A DNA stretch of 64,000 nt from Magallana gigas (taxonomy: Eukaryota): contig NC_088859.1 of assembly GCF_963853765.1 (NCBI RefSeq), forward strand, positions 19,158,001 to 19,222,000, written 5' to 3'. Position numbers and translations under genes: made by a program. Shown piece by piece: positions 25,569 through 37,667 of this stretch. A model generated the notes under the pieces. That model was not told the DNA's origin and made no database searches. It saw nothing but the letters and a program-made list of their open reading frames with translations. The stretch's first letter is position 1. Every line of letters begins with the position of its first letter.

Positions 25569-26129
25569 GTATGTAAATTTTCCGTTATTTTTTACTTTAA
25601 AAATCCTAATGGAATGAACGGCATTGGATATATATTGTTTATTACTGTTAATTAACTATAATGTTTATATTGTTATATGTAAATGCATGACTTGATGATT
25701 ACACTGAGTGATTGCGGGATAGAGATGGTTTATTACAGTGACATTTTCCACTACAGCTGTACAAAAATTGTATTTAATACTGACAGGGGTGAAATGAATA
25801 CAATCTAACAAACAAGAAATTCAATTATAAAGTGAAGAACACGATAATAATCAAAGTACTGAAGAACTGACGGAAGTTGATTTTGTCGATGAATATCTTT
25901 TTTTAAAATCAATGATATGTTATTTTGCATGACAAGTACATGTAGTTTCTAATTTGAATTACGCACATTTTTATAATATGAATTTTTTGACTTTTTCGAC
26001 AAGAATGTCGAGAAACCCCCATATGAATCATGTTAATAATATTTAAAGATAAAATTAATTCAATTAAACTATGTATCAGTAATAGAAATATTTCTCGAAA
26101 ACTGTATGGATCCAAGCAATATTGAACTC

Positions 26130-26224
26130 TAGTCTCGTTCAACCAAACGCTCGATTGACACCGTAAATCTCCGTCAAGGCCTAGGATTCACGGAGACAGC
26201 CGAGGGTCGAGTTGAACGAGACTA
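26130..26224. mobile_element. 95-bp hairpin MITE
   Basis: Perfect 14-bp TIR tagtctcgttcaac / gttgaacgagacta. Direct repeat tattgaac at 26120-26127 and 26225-26232. Confidence 0.8.
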
Positions 26225-27483
26225 TATTGAACCCTGGCGTAGGAATACATACGACTACAAAAATATTTAAATTGTTCGTACCATTTAAAATCTGACTATT
26301 TTCAAGGTATTTAATAAATAAGTTTCCTTGAAAAACAATGCTTTAGCATACATTACATCCATCGAATTTATCATTTTTTTTTTCAAGTCTTGTCACCAGC
26401 AATGATTTGTGCTGAGGTCCAAACACTGTTTCACTTTCGGTTTGTCTGAGTAACTGCATAGGAGAGTTGATTAAAATCAACTCCCAAAAAGAACAGTCTC
26501 CAAATACATACTTAACATACATTACTATACATATTTGCTTTTTATTTTTTACGCTTTTAAATAAAGATATTTGCCTTAAAGCGATTTATCTGCGTTTACT
26601 TTTATATTCCATTTATGCTTGTATTTACCCTTCATGTATTGTAAACCTTGACCTGTCTCCTTTAAAATTGTGTCGTCTGCTTTTATAATAAAAATAAGCA
26701 ATATTTCTAAGTCCTACTATTCAACACATACTTTTTAATTGATTAAATGTTAACGTGCACATAGAGGGAAAAAAAAAGGACAAGAGTTCCAGTAACTTAG
26801 CATTGAAGGTCTGAATAATTATCAAAATAAATTGAAAAATCAACAACTACATTTTTGGGGGGATTGATTCCCTTTTTCAAGGAGGGAAACTAACGTTTTA
26901 TAGTGATTGGAAATTAAATTGTGGATCTGAAATTCGGAAGTGAATTTTTTTTCAGCCTAGACGAATCTCGCTGAGGTTACACCCTTTCATACTGATTAAC
27001 ATTTACATGTATTTTAGCTCAACTGAACCAAAAGTTGTCAGTCTCTGTGTCCGCCTGCCTGTCCGTCTGTCAGTAATCTTTTCATATCTTTTACTTCTTT
27101 TCTAGAACGACTGAGCCAAATTAAATTAAACTTGGTACACAGCGACTTATGGGCGGGGATTTTTAACTGTTTTAAAAAAAAGACGAAATCTTTTTTAATA
27201 GGGAGATAATCCCAAAACAGTGAAAATATGGTGTGTCTTAAAAAATCTTCTTCTCAAGAACCACTGCATCAGAAATCCAATTGATACTTACACCAAAGTT
27301 TGTATATATTGTAAAGATTTTAAATTCAATTGGACAATTGTACAAAATTCAAACGTAACGTCAGGCGGGTTGATATGTTTTGACTTTAGCCTGTCTTGGA
27401 CGTAAGCAACATTCTTTTTACGATATAAGCTGATTTTTCAGCAAATCAGAAAGCGGGTTACATACGAAATTGAATTCTTACAG

Positions 27484-28548
27484 AATGTGCTCAAGGTACC
27501 TACGGAGATCTATGTGACCGTGAGTGCAGAAACTGTGTAGACAATATATGTCATGGGTATACAGGAGTCTGTGAACGTGGCTGCAAGATTGGTTGGCAGG
27601 GGGAAAACTGTGACATACCTTGTAATTTTAATTGCAAGAACAGTAAATGCGACCGCTATACGGGGTTTTGCACAGAAGGATGCAAACCTGATTGGTACGG
27701 AGAAACATGTGATAAACAGTGCCCATCGCAGTGCGAAACGTCTTGTGATCGATCTTTAGGATGTACAAATTGCCAGATAGGCTATAATGGACCGAACTGT
27801 AATCCATGTGACGGGAATACGTACGGCAAAAACTGTAGCTTGACTTGTCAAAATTGTGATGACTGCGATAATGTTAATGGATGTGGAGTATGCCGGAACG
27901 GCTTTCACGGTGATCTTTGCAATCTTGTATGTCCAAAGCAATGTAGAAATTACATATGCTCTCGGCAATCAGGAGATTGTGTAGATGGATGTAAAGACGG
28001 ATATGCAGGTATTAAATGTGAGACACGTTGCGAAGATAACTGTGCAACTTGCAGTCCCAACGATCTTTGCATCTCTTGTTTAAATGGAAGGTTCGGTACA
28101 AACTGTGAAAACCGTTGTCCAGGAACATGCGGCGGAAGTAAAACATGTGACAAGAACAGTGGAGTGTGTTCGGAGTGTAATCCTGGAACGTTTGGTCCAA
28201 ATTGTACACAGCAATGCAGTAATAAGTGTTTACCTGGTATACCGAGTGTTTGTGACAGAAATGGAACCTGTACCAGTGGATGCGTGGACGGATGGTTTGG
28301 TCCACAATGCGATACACAATGTCCAATTGAAAACTGCAAAAAATGCAACTCCAGCGATTTTTCTTGTGAAATTTGTAATATTGGTTACTATTTAGACAAT
28401 GTACAAGAAATTCGAAAGTGTGTAAAGTGTCCGTCTAGGTATGTTAGTTGTAATAGCGATTTAAGATGCACCGAGTGCATACCAAAATTTACTGGATACC
28501 AGTGTGAAAATGAATGCACCATAAACTGCGTCGATGATCTTTTCAAAT
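27484..28548 (+). CDS. Gene B exon 5, laminin-type/EGF-like repeat exon
   Basis: Acceptor tcttacag|, donor t|gtgagt, 1065 nt. About 12 substitutions relative to 2089-3153 by manual comparison. Confidence 0.9.
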
Positions 28549-29539
28549 GTGAGTATTAAGTAGATACACCCAGTTTATAATCTTTTTTAAAATTTTGTTT
28601 TATCTTTACATTTTAGTCCCATCAAACTCATTTATACTTAATGCAAAACGATCGGTTACACGTTGTTACATGGAACTTAGATATAATAAGTGGAATGAAC
28701 AGTTCTTAACATACACATAAATATGTTAAACGTAAGCATTGACATAATTGATATGTTAAATTAACCGATAACATCTATCTCTCTCTTGAGAAACAATGTA
28801 AACATATGAAACAAAAACATTTTCATTTAACTCACTATGCTAGCTTTATCTAAAAATTATCATGCTGAAATGTCGCAATAATTTACTGAATCGGATTCCG
28901 TCACGCGTACGGCTATTTGTACGGACCAAAAATGCATTTGACGGTGACAGAACCAGTTTAAGACTAACACTTACGGAGTATCAGATGTAAGTATTATTGT
29001 ACCACTGGTTGGTTTTGACCAATATGAGATGTTAAATATTTTTTTTTATTGAATTAACATTGATTGAATTAAGAAATGTTTTCGAGTAAATCATACTTAC
29101 TGTGGAGAACCATTTTGTATTGATATTTTTTCTTGAAAGTTTGTGTAAGTTGCAATAATGATTTATGGCTGTTTTTGCCCTGAATGGATCACAAGTAAGT
29201 TGAACCGGCTAAAATGTAGAGTATTATTTAAACAACCTTTACAATATAAGGATTCAGGCAACTCTCAATTCTTGAAAACTGTGTCAATGAACTATTAAAT
29301 TTATGTATCAAATTTTGCATGTTCCACCATTTTTTAAACAATGGAGTTAAGAAATTTAAACTGTAATAATTTTATTGTTATTTCAAAAAATATTAATAAT
29401 ATTGATATTATTAAACCGACGTAGACAGTCACGCAGTGAAGCTCAGAATAATACTAACAGAGCGTACATGTTGACGAGGAAAAAATTCTAGGTTTACTAC
29501 ATACATGTACATGTATGTGAATTATTATGATAGTAAGTG

Positions 29540-29624
<85 letters not shown>

Positions 29625-29669
29625 GTATTGTTTAACAGACATTTGCTATTTTTAAAGTGATTTTATCAG

Positions 29670-29746
29670 GTTCTGTTTCTAGTAAATTCCCAGATGAGCA
29701 GAGAGCAAACGCTTCAGTAAAGCGTTCGGAGAGCGAGAACTTGTAA
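29670..29746 (+). CDS. Candidate short terminal exon of gene B
   Basis: Paralog of 4288-4364, with the same acceptor, frame and stop. Confidence 0.25.
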
Positions 29747-30018
29747 CTGGTCAGCAGATGCTGGGCGTACATGTGTAAGTTGGCGGTTGGTTAGTTAATG
29801 TAGAACACGCACAAAACGCATGCGTAACGTTAACCCTTAACGAACAGTGAACTTAATAGGAACTATGTATTAGATAAACCGGATGCTCTCTTCATATTGA
29901 ATAAATATTATTATACGAGAATAGAGCTAAGTTATAAGAGAAGTATTTTAAATGTGTAGTGTCACATTAACAAACGTGAAAACGAAATATTCTTGAGTTT
30001 TCTGAACAGTCAATTTAA

Positions 30019-30659
30019 AGGACCATGGTCAGTATTTTGGTCAAATTCTATTTTTCTGTTTTTATTTTTTACAATGCTTTAAGAATGCATTTCTAATGAT
30101 CAAATGAAATTTAAGAATCAGTCATTTTGTCATAAGGAAGATACAGAGCTCAAAATTCTTTGTCCTGTAAACAAAGTTCTTGCCCTATATTTGTTTACAC
30201 AGTTTCAATATACCAGTAAAAAAATTTTTCACGATTTGTCTATCTTCTTAATCATTTTAAGCATTCATAAATAGTTCCTAACGTTTAACACTTTTATTCT
30301 TGGTTTTAAGTCGGCTCTATACACCCACAATTTATTCCAATATTCAATAAAAGACCATAAAACAGATACTTATCAAATACGAAAATGATGATAGTGATAC
30401 TATAGGTATATTTAAAGATTTTTAAAAATGTTTTTCGTGTTTTAGTAAAATAATTTCTTAAAAGTTAACAATTAACAAATTGAAAGAAATGTTTTTGTCT
30501 TCTGATACATAACAAAGAATTTTAAGATCCGTTACTCGCTTATAACAAAAAAGAATCTCTCTCAAATTTTGGTTGCCTATTAAAAAATGCCTCACTGAAG
30601 CATTGTATACATTAAAATTAAAAAAATAATTTTTGACCAAAATTGTGACCATGCCCCTT
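30019..30659. mobile_element. MITE with TTAA flanks (copy B)
   Basis: Orthologous to 4637-5275. Confidence 0.75.
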
Positions 30660-33600
30660 TTAAGGTCGACTTCTGTACAATGTGCATGCAATGTATAATT
30701 GATAATGCAAGGTTTGTTTTAGCATATGAGAACTATGTGGCAAAAGAATGATGGTTATTATTACAGGGATGTAAAAAAAAAGGTAGAAAACAGGTAGAAA
30801 ACAGGTTTGTAGTTGAAGAAGGATCATTCACTACTCCCACTTTTCTTTATTGAAGCATGCTTGTTTTGTAATAGTACATTTTTCATTGCACATTTATGTT
30901 AACCTGATTTTTAAAAAAATATTTATATTCATGTTGATTTTAATTTTATTTTTCCAGCCCTACCAACATTAATAATTTTAATTTTAATGGTGCATGTATT
31001 TATTATTTTCCTACATCTACAATGTATCTGAATAACGTAAATATGGTGATTTGCTAAAATGAATAATTTTTTCAAACATCTCAAAAGAAAGATGGCTGTC
31101 TCGCCAGGTTATTTCTTAGCAAAGCACACAGACAGATACATGAAGGCATCACATTGAAAAGAAAACACCTACAATAAAACAAGCAATCAATGAAAAAAGA
31201 CTTTTGCAGCTATGACAGGATATTTTCCAACGATGCTTTACACTTTTGGTTTTACAGCCTATAAAACTAATAAGTCGCTAGTCAAAGAAAAAAGGAAAGT
31301 AACCCATATTTATGAATTCATGTCAGCTTTTAGCAGTGCATGTACATGAAAGTGTTTATGGTGCCATTCCTGAGTGTTTATGTTCTGTATTCTTTTATTA
31401 TTAATAGGTAAAACATATAGATGCAAAATAGGCATGAATGATGCTGCTGATATGACATACATTATCATTGTACATTTAAGGACATCACCAGAGAGAAGTT
31501 CTTATTGAAAAAAAACCCCGGGATTTTGTAAGTGTTGCTGAAACCAGTAAACATGAAGTAAAGGATAACTTTAATCTTGTTTTTTTTTTCACATTCATTC
31601 CAAATTTATACAAATTTTTATAATAATAAAATATGTGTTTTGTAAAATCTTAATTTTGTTCCTTTCTTTTTTATTTTAGAACGAACTTCAGAAACTTTGC
31701 ATGAAGTTAGCTGCCATTTCTTTTGGACAAGTCCCTATTTATTCATATGAGCATAATTAGTTAAATAAGTGAAGGTGGAAACAATAAAACAGGATTCACA
31801 TTTAAAGGTAGCATTCTGAGGCGACAAGGGCAACCAGTGCTGATGATGGACTAAACCAGATTGTCAATTTTTATTGTATCATCCTCCAAACCATATTTAA
31901 TTGGAGACAACTTTAAAAACACTAATACACAAATCTAAGATCTTAATTTATTGAAAGCTTCAATGATAAAAATCCAGGAATTAATGAACATATATAACTA
32001 TCAAGGAAAATGTTTAAACAGTCAGCTGTATCAAATTTAAAGCGATAAATATTAGTGTTTTCTGTTTACGAGTAGACTACGATGCAAAAGATGATATGTT
32101 TGTTATTATCAGTTTAAAGCTTCTATATAAGGAAGAGTTAGCAATGCAGTATGAAGATACTGATGTGTTTTGATTAGATTGTTGCAGTGATCAGTCATCA
32201 ATTGAACCTTTTGTTTGCAAGAAAGTAATGCCATCTCTTTTGTGCAGAGACTTGTATCATTTTTACCCAGTAAATATATATTAGTAAACTGAAATTATTT
32301 ACGTACAAGAAACCACTTTTGGCATTGCACTGTTTTTAGCGAGATACTATCATGCCCTAAAGGGTACGTATTTCCAGATCAACACATGTGATAAAAAATT
32401 TAGAATTTTTGAATTCATATTAAATGTTTTCAAATGAACACATGGTTTATGAATGGACTTTATATAGAGAGAGAGTATCTACAGTACGTCCCGTTTTGTA
32501 ATTTTAACAGTACATAGTTCTGAGTTATACATGTACATTTATCATTATAATGTTTAATTTTTGTGAATGTATTTGTGAATTCATGAAACTGAATTGGATA
32601 GAATCAGTTTAGTGCAAATAATGTCTGTATTACGTTTAGATCTGCAATGAGACTGTAGACGTTTTTAGTATATATGTATATAATTAAGTGGTCTGCTAAT
32701 TGCAAAAGTTTTGAAAAATCAATTCGTACTTAATACATGTGTTTATCTCCTAAAAAGAGATTCTTAAAGCAAACAAATAAGGTATATGTGTTATTTTTTT
32801 TTTTATAAAAATTAGTTTTTTTAGCACTTATTCATTCAGTGGTGATGATCTAATTATGTTCTATAGAGCGTAAAAAACAAAGCTTATTTAAAGTGTTTTT
32901 TTAGTATTAGTTGCAATAGGAATAAAGTTGATATTAAGTTAAGGAAGATCATTATAACTTCGATATGTACAATTTTAAAATATCAGTTTTATAACATATT
33001 CTCATATATCTTCCTTTTATCAAATCAATTAAATAATAAATATGACATTTTTATTATTTTCTGAAATGTGGTGATGAACAAATAGATTTGAAACTTGTTC
33101 TGCTTCAATAAATTTGTATGAGAGCTAAACAATGACTTTGTTGAAATTATGTAAAGAAGGGAGTATACATTCATTATCTAGAGACCGATAAAAAAGTTTC
33201 TAATTAAGACATGCATTTTTGTAGTTTTTTTTAATTTTGAAAAAGATGTTTTTTATTCAGGTAAAAGCGTAATTTAACTAAATGATATCGAGTAGGAACC
33301 CTCCATATTGCTTAATCACATATTGTTGGGATTTTTTTCTTATGAAGATAAAAATAACCTTGTTTAAGTTTTGGATATGTATAAGACAATGGTCTTCCCC
33401 TTATACATTTAATGAAAATGCTGTTTTGCAGTATTATAACTTGTTACAAATAATGGAGAAATTTTCGAACATGATTGCTTTTAAAATCGCTTTCACACAA
33501 CGAAGTTGACCCATGACTGCGAGCTGGTCAGATCCAATAAGCATCTATACTTATAAATTAAGACTTTTTCCAAATAAACTACGAAATGCCTGCACCAGTG

Positions 33601-34657
33601 TTACTGTTTTTACATATGGCTTTTCGATACATGTGAGATGATATCCGTAAGCTATGATTGAATTAATTGTACCTGATTAGTAATTTTTGTGAAATTAATA
33701 AAAATAAACCTACTTTCATTTTCGATACATTTGCCCGAAATAGCAAATATGAGAGTAAGGTAGTGGACACGCTTTGGCGGATCCAAGTCAGTGGGAGTTA
33801 TCATCAAAATATATGCTTGCAATGAAATAATATTAAATGATTACGTAAACAATAAATAAATTTATAAGAAACTTACTTAGATTATACATAGAAATTAAGA
33901 TTTGACAAATGTTGAATAAAGGAAATAAGGTAATTCGTTTCTTAATTGTGCAATTTTAGTCATAATAGATTGAAGCTAACGAAGCGCGACCTCTCACGAG
34001 AGAATTGAATAGAACTTTCCAGAAGGGGGTAACCAAAAACACGGTTTGACTAATAAACGTCATGGCGAAAAATGTAGGACATGTTCATCATGTATCATGC
34101 ATCATGACTCTTTGGTTAATGAAAGAAAAACCCGGAAGACTTTGACGCCATTTTAATTTTAATGGAATTTATTTTCTAAAATGGGTTGGTCAGGAATGCG
34201 GTTTGACTAATTTACATCATGGCGGAAAGTGTAGGGTGACTTAAACATTGGGCAGATACTTTGGATCTATAACTTTGGTTCAAGATATGCAAATAAATAA
34301 GCATGTCTATATAAATTAAACAGAGAAATTAAAATCGGGGGGGGGGGGGGGGGGGGGGTGACCACCTTTCCGCAAGTTTTTATATGAAAATCTCATTTGG
34401 GATTGTTATATATTGTGAAATTTGATCTAAAGAACACAATTTAATGACGTCCTAAATACCCACTAACTGGTTTAAAAAAATTCTTTGTTATCTTTTTCCA
34501 ATCAGCTGCAACAAAAAGAATTGAGGCCANNNNNNNNNNNNNNNNNNNNNNNNNNNNNNNNNNNNNNNNNNNNNNNNNNNNNNNNNNNNNNNNNNNNNNN
34601 NNNNNNNNNNNNNNNNNNNNNNNNNNNNNNNNNNNNNNNNNNNNNNNNNNNNNNNNN

Positions 34658-35694
34658 ACCCGTCCCTTCTTCAGGACAACAAAATAAAAACTACATAAGA
34701 AAGAAAAAAACATCTACAAAACTAGCACTAAACTAAACTAAATAATATATATAAACTAGATAATGTTTAAACACCGGATCAAAACGTGGCAGCTACATCT
34801 TTATATTTAAGAATTCGAGCCCGAGAAAGAAAAATCCCGTCCGACGCAGCGGACGGTCTGTGAAGAAGTGCTGAAAGATAACGCGAACGAATTAACTTGC
34901 TAATTGGGGGTTGCTGTTAATTAAGTTGTACTAGTAAGATAATTCGTAGTGAAAGTTTGTAGGGAAGATTGGCCCTGTAAAAGACCACATAAATAATTAT
35001 GAATGTAAAAACTAATGGAAGTGAAATAAAGAAAAAGAACAAAACCGATTAAGGAAATAGCTAATAATTTGAATAAATAACATGATTAATAGTTTGTACA
35101 TGGACCGAAAAAGATGAAGATGGTGATATTGCTACGAAAACAAATCAGTACTTAGTTGATGTTCATTTTGGTGAAGTCACTTAATTTGTTAATGCCGTCA
35201 GGGCGGAATGACTTCAGTCTATGCATCCAATTTTTTTTTTTTTTTTTTAATTTTTTCTCTCCGCATCTGTCCAGTTAGGGTTGTGATCAATGACCAAAAC
35301 CATCATGTCCTCCCATTTGTGACCATCTAAATTAAAATGTTCCCCGACGGGTTCTTTAATTTTCTTAGTTTTGATGGTGGAACGATGATTATTGATGCGC
35401 CTGCAGATGTAGATGTAGCTGCCACGTTTTGATCCGGTGTTTAAACATTATCTAGTTTTTATACATTATTTAGTTTAGTTTAGTGCTAGTTTTGTAGATG
35501 TTTTTCTTCTTTCTTATGTAGTTTTTATTTTGTTGTCCTGAAGAAGGGACGGGTTGGCCCGAAAATTTGACAATATTTTACTTTATTGTTCGTGTCGTTG
35601 GTTATTTTTAGTGCTTTTTTATATCTCATCTTATAACCGTGTATCTTTTGATCCGACACTTTAGATAACGAGTGTTGTTGGTTTGCTAGTGCTT

Positions 35695-35729
<35 letters not shown>
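34658..35729 (-). mobile_element. 5'-truncated Penelope-like element: GIY-YIG 3' fragment with direct and inverted pseudo-LTR
   Basis: Minus strand 35152-35404 encodes RRINNHRSTIKTKKIKEPVGEHFNLDGHKWEDMMVLVIDHNPNWTDAERK...WMHRLKSFRPDGINK. 34658-34800 and 35405-35552 form an inverted repeat pair. Ends in (TA)n and an N gap. Confidence 0.85.
35531..35575 (+). ncRNA. Minimal type I hammerhead ribozyme motif in the PLE pseudo-LTR
   Basis: Stem I tgttgtc/gacaata, core CTGAAGA (35538-35544), stem II GGG/CCC, GAAA (35561-35564), palindromic stem III AATT, predicted cleavage after 35568. Confidence 0.7.
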
Positions 35730-35731
<2 letters not shown>

Positions 35732-36726
35732 TGCTTAACAATTTAGTATTATTCAATTAATGTGTAAAGTGTTAATTGCCTCGCTTGGGCGGGATATCAT
35801 TTAGTATTAGGTAAAATTAAGTATGTGTCGAATTCCCTCTATATATAAACGTTAAATGGAAAGGAACTTGTAAGTTGTTAGAACCTGTTAGAACCTGTTT
35901 TTAATCCTTTTTTAATCAATAAAATATGTTCAAAACAATAAACGTTGCTATTTATCTACCTTACACGGATATGTTTGCTAAAGGCACTCTATGTACCCTT
36001 AAACATCACCGTTTACACACTTCATAATATAATGAGTGTCATCGTGGATGTGCAGTTATCAACCAAAGAAAATGGGGTTTAGCGTGCTTTCAGAACAATT
36101 CATATTGCAGTGTACAAATGTTACAAAATAACTCAAATGCAATCTCCATAATATCACTCTGATAATCTGGGACGAAAAAAGAATAATGCTAGCTTTTTTA
36201 CCATTAAGAGTATTTTATATAAAGCCATCATTCATGTTTCATGGACAACTTCATGTCGAAATGGATATTCTATACACTTTATGTATGTCATAAGTCAACT
36301 GTTAACACCGTTTGAAATTCTGCATGTATATTGCGTCAAATCGAAACTGACTTTGGAATTGTATACATGAAAGACAATGATCAAGATTTCTGTTTTTACC
36401 AAAGATGGTGAGATGATAACAAGACCATTATTGGGATAAACAGGACGTGGTCTGATAAGATAAACTAAGACTCACTTTCCGTTTCTTTAAGTACTAACAC
36501 AATTCAGCTTGTATACTTTTTCTTTTCCAAACTAGCCCGTTGCCTTTCACGGATAAACTTAAGTGGAGGAAAACAGGTTTTTCTTAACAAACCCGGTGTT
36601 TTCTTTAACTTTGAAACGGAAGTTGGGAAAACCGATCAAAATTATACACTTTCGTATACTTTAATTTCCAAAAACAGATTTTGTTATCTCCTCTAGCGAT
36701 TTTGCTCACATTTTCTGTGAATAATT

Positions 36727-36807
36727 TCAATTCTCATTGGAATAGGTATAAAATAAATTTTAATAGGCTCATGAAGCTTCATAAATGTATCAATAAATCA
36801 ATTGTTC
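36727..36807 (-). pseudogene. PTP terminal exon relic, unit B
   Basis: Homologous to 9032-9112 (EQLIY*YIYEAS*AY*). Confidence 0.4.
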
Positions 36808-36992
36808 AAATAAATGAAAGAGTATATATGATTGTTTTAACATTGCTTATATTGCAAAACGGTGTATCATAGTTATGATCATGTAAGTTAATTGTTTATT
36901 TGAAGATCATTTCAATCATTAAAGAACAATTTTATTTCAAAATTAATAATTCTAAATCACCGCTGGTAAAATTTGCTAGTAACTTTATATAC

Positions 36993-37130
36993 CCAGCCGA
37001 ATACTCACTTATTTGAAGGCGCCGTGGCCGCATCTGTACAATAGTTTGCAGGAAACTTAATTCTTGTTCCACGAATTCTTTTAATTATGGTGGCAAATGC
37101 CCAGTGAAGACCATTTTCTCTGTACGATTC
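36993..37130 (-). pseudogene. PTP D2-like exon relic following the HC motif, unit B
   Basis: NRTE(fs)NGLHWAFATIIKRIR(fs)EQELSFLQTIVQMRPRRLQI. Confidence 0.7.
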
Positions 37131-37514
37131 CTAAAATGTTCTTTACAAAAATCATTACTCGATACTATATAATATACACTTTCAAGCTTAATATAGTTAA
37201 ATATTTGCACAAGTGTAAGGCATTCTTTTTATTTGCGTTGTTTGAAAATTTGCGAAGTTTGAGTCTATCCTCTTTAAACCAGTGTTTTTATCTCTTTAAT
37301 AAACATGTATGCCTTAGAGTATACACAATTTTTGGTTAGAATTCGGTCACTATGAACTAGATTACATATAACACTGGGAAATTGCAGAAAAATTTCGCAA
37401 AAAAACTTCTTACTTTAACGATTCATGTAATATGAAGATGTAGACTAAAATACGAAGTACGTAGTTGTTGACTAAGTATTTTAACTGATGTCAGTTTAAG
37501 TTAATCAGTCATAC

Positions 37515-37667
37515 ATGCTATGTACAACGATGGTTGGGTTGTGAACTTGATGTTGCCAGGCATTGGCCTCCTCAATCATCTCCAGCATAGGATCTGGTGA
37601 TTCTGGAACAACGGCATCCTCGGACCAGAACTTACACTGAAATTGTTTCGCAGGCCTTAGTTAATGA
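37515..37667 (-). pseudogene. PTP D2-like exon relic, unit B
   Basis: AKQFQCKFWSEDAVVPESPDPMLEMIEEANAWQHQVHNPTIVVHSM. 153 nt, i.e. the 155-nt exon with a 2-nt deletion. Confidence 0.8.

Larger units (their letters stand above)
26495..31940. repeat. Near-identical duplicated block, copy B
   Basis: Paralog of 1130-6540. Confidence 0.9.

Noticed and set aside
34441-34736. ORFs spanning N gaps (197-688 tail, 444-698, 34441-34736, 59120-59398, 60369-60690)
   Set aside because: They are open only because of the Ns.
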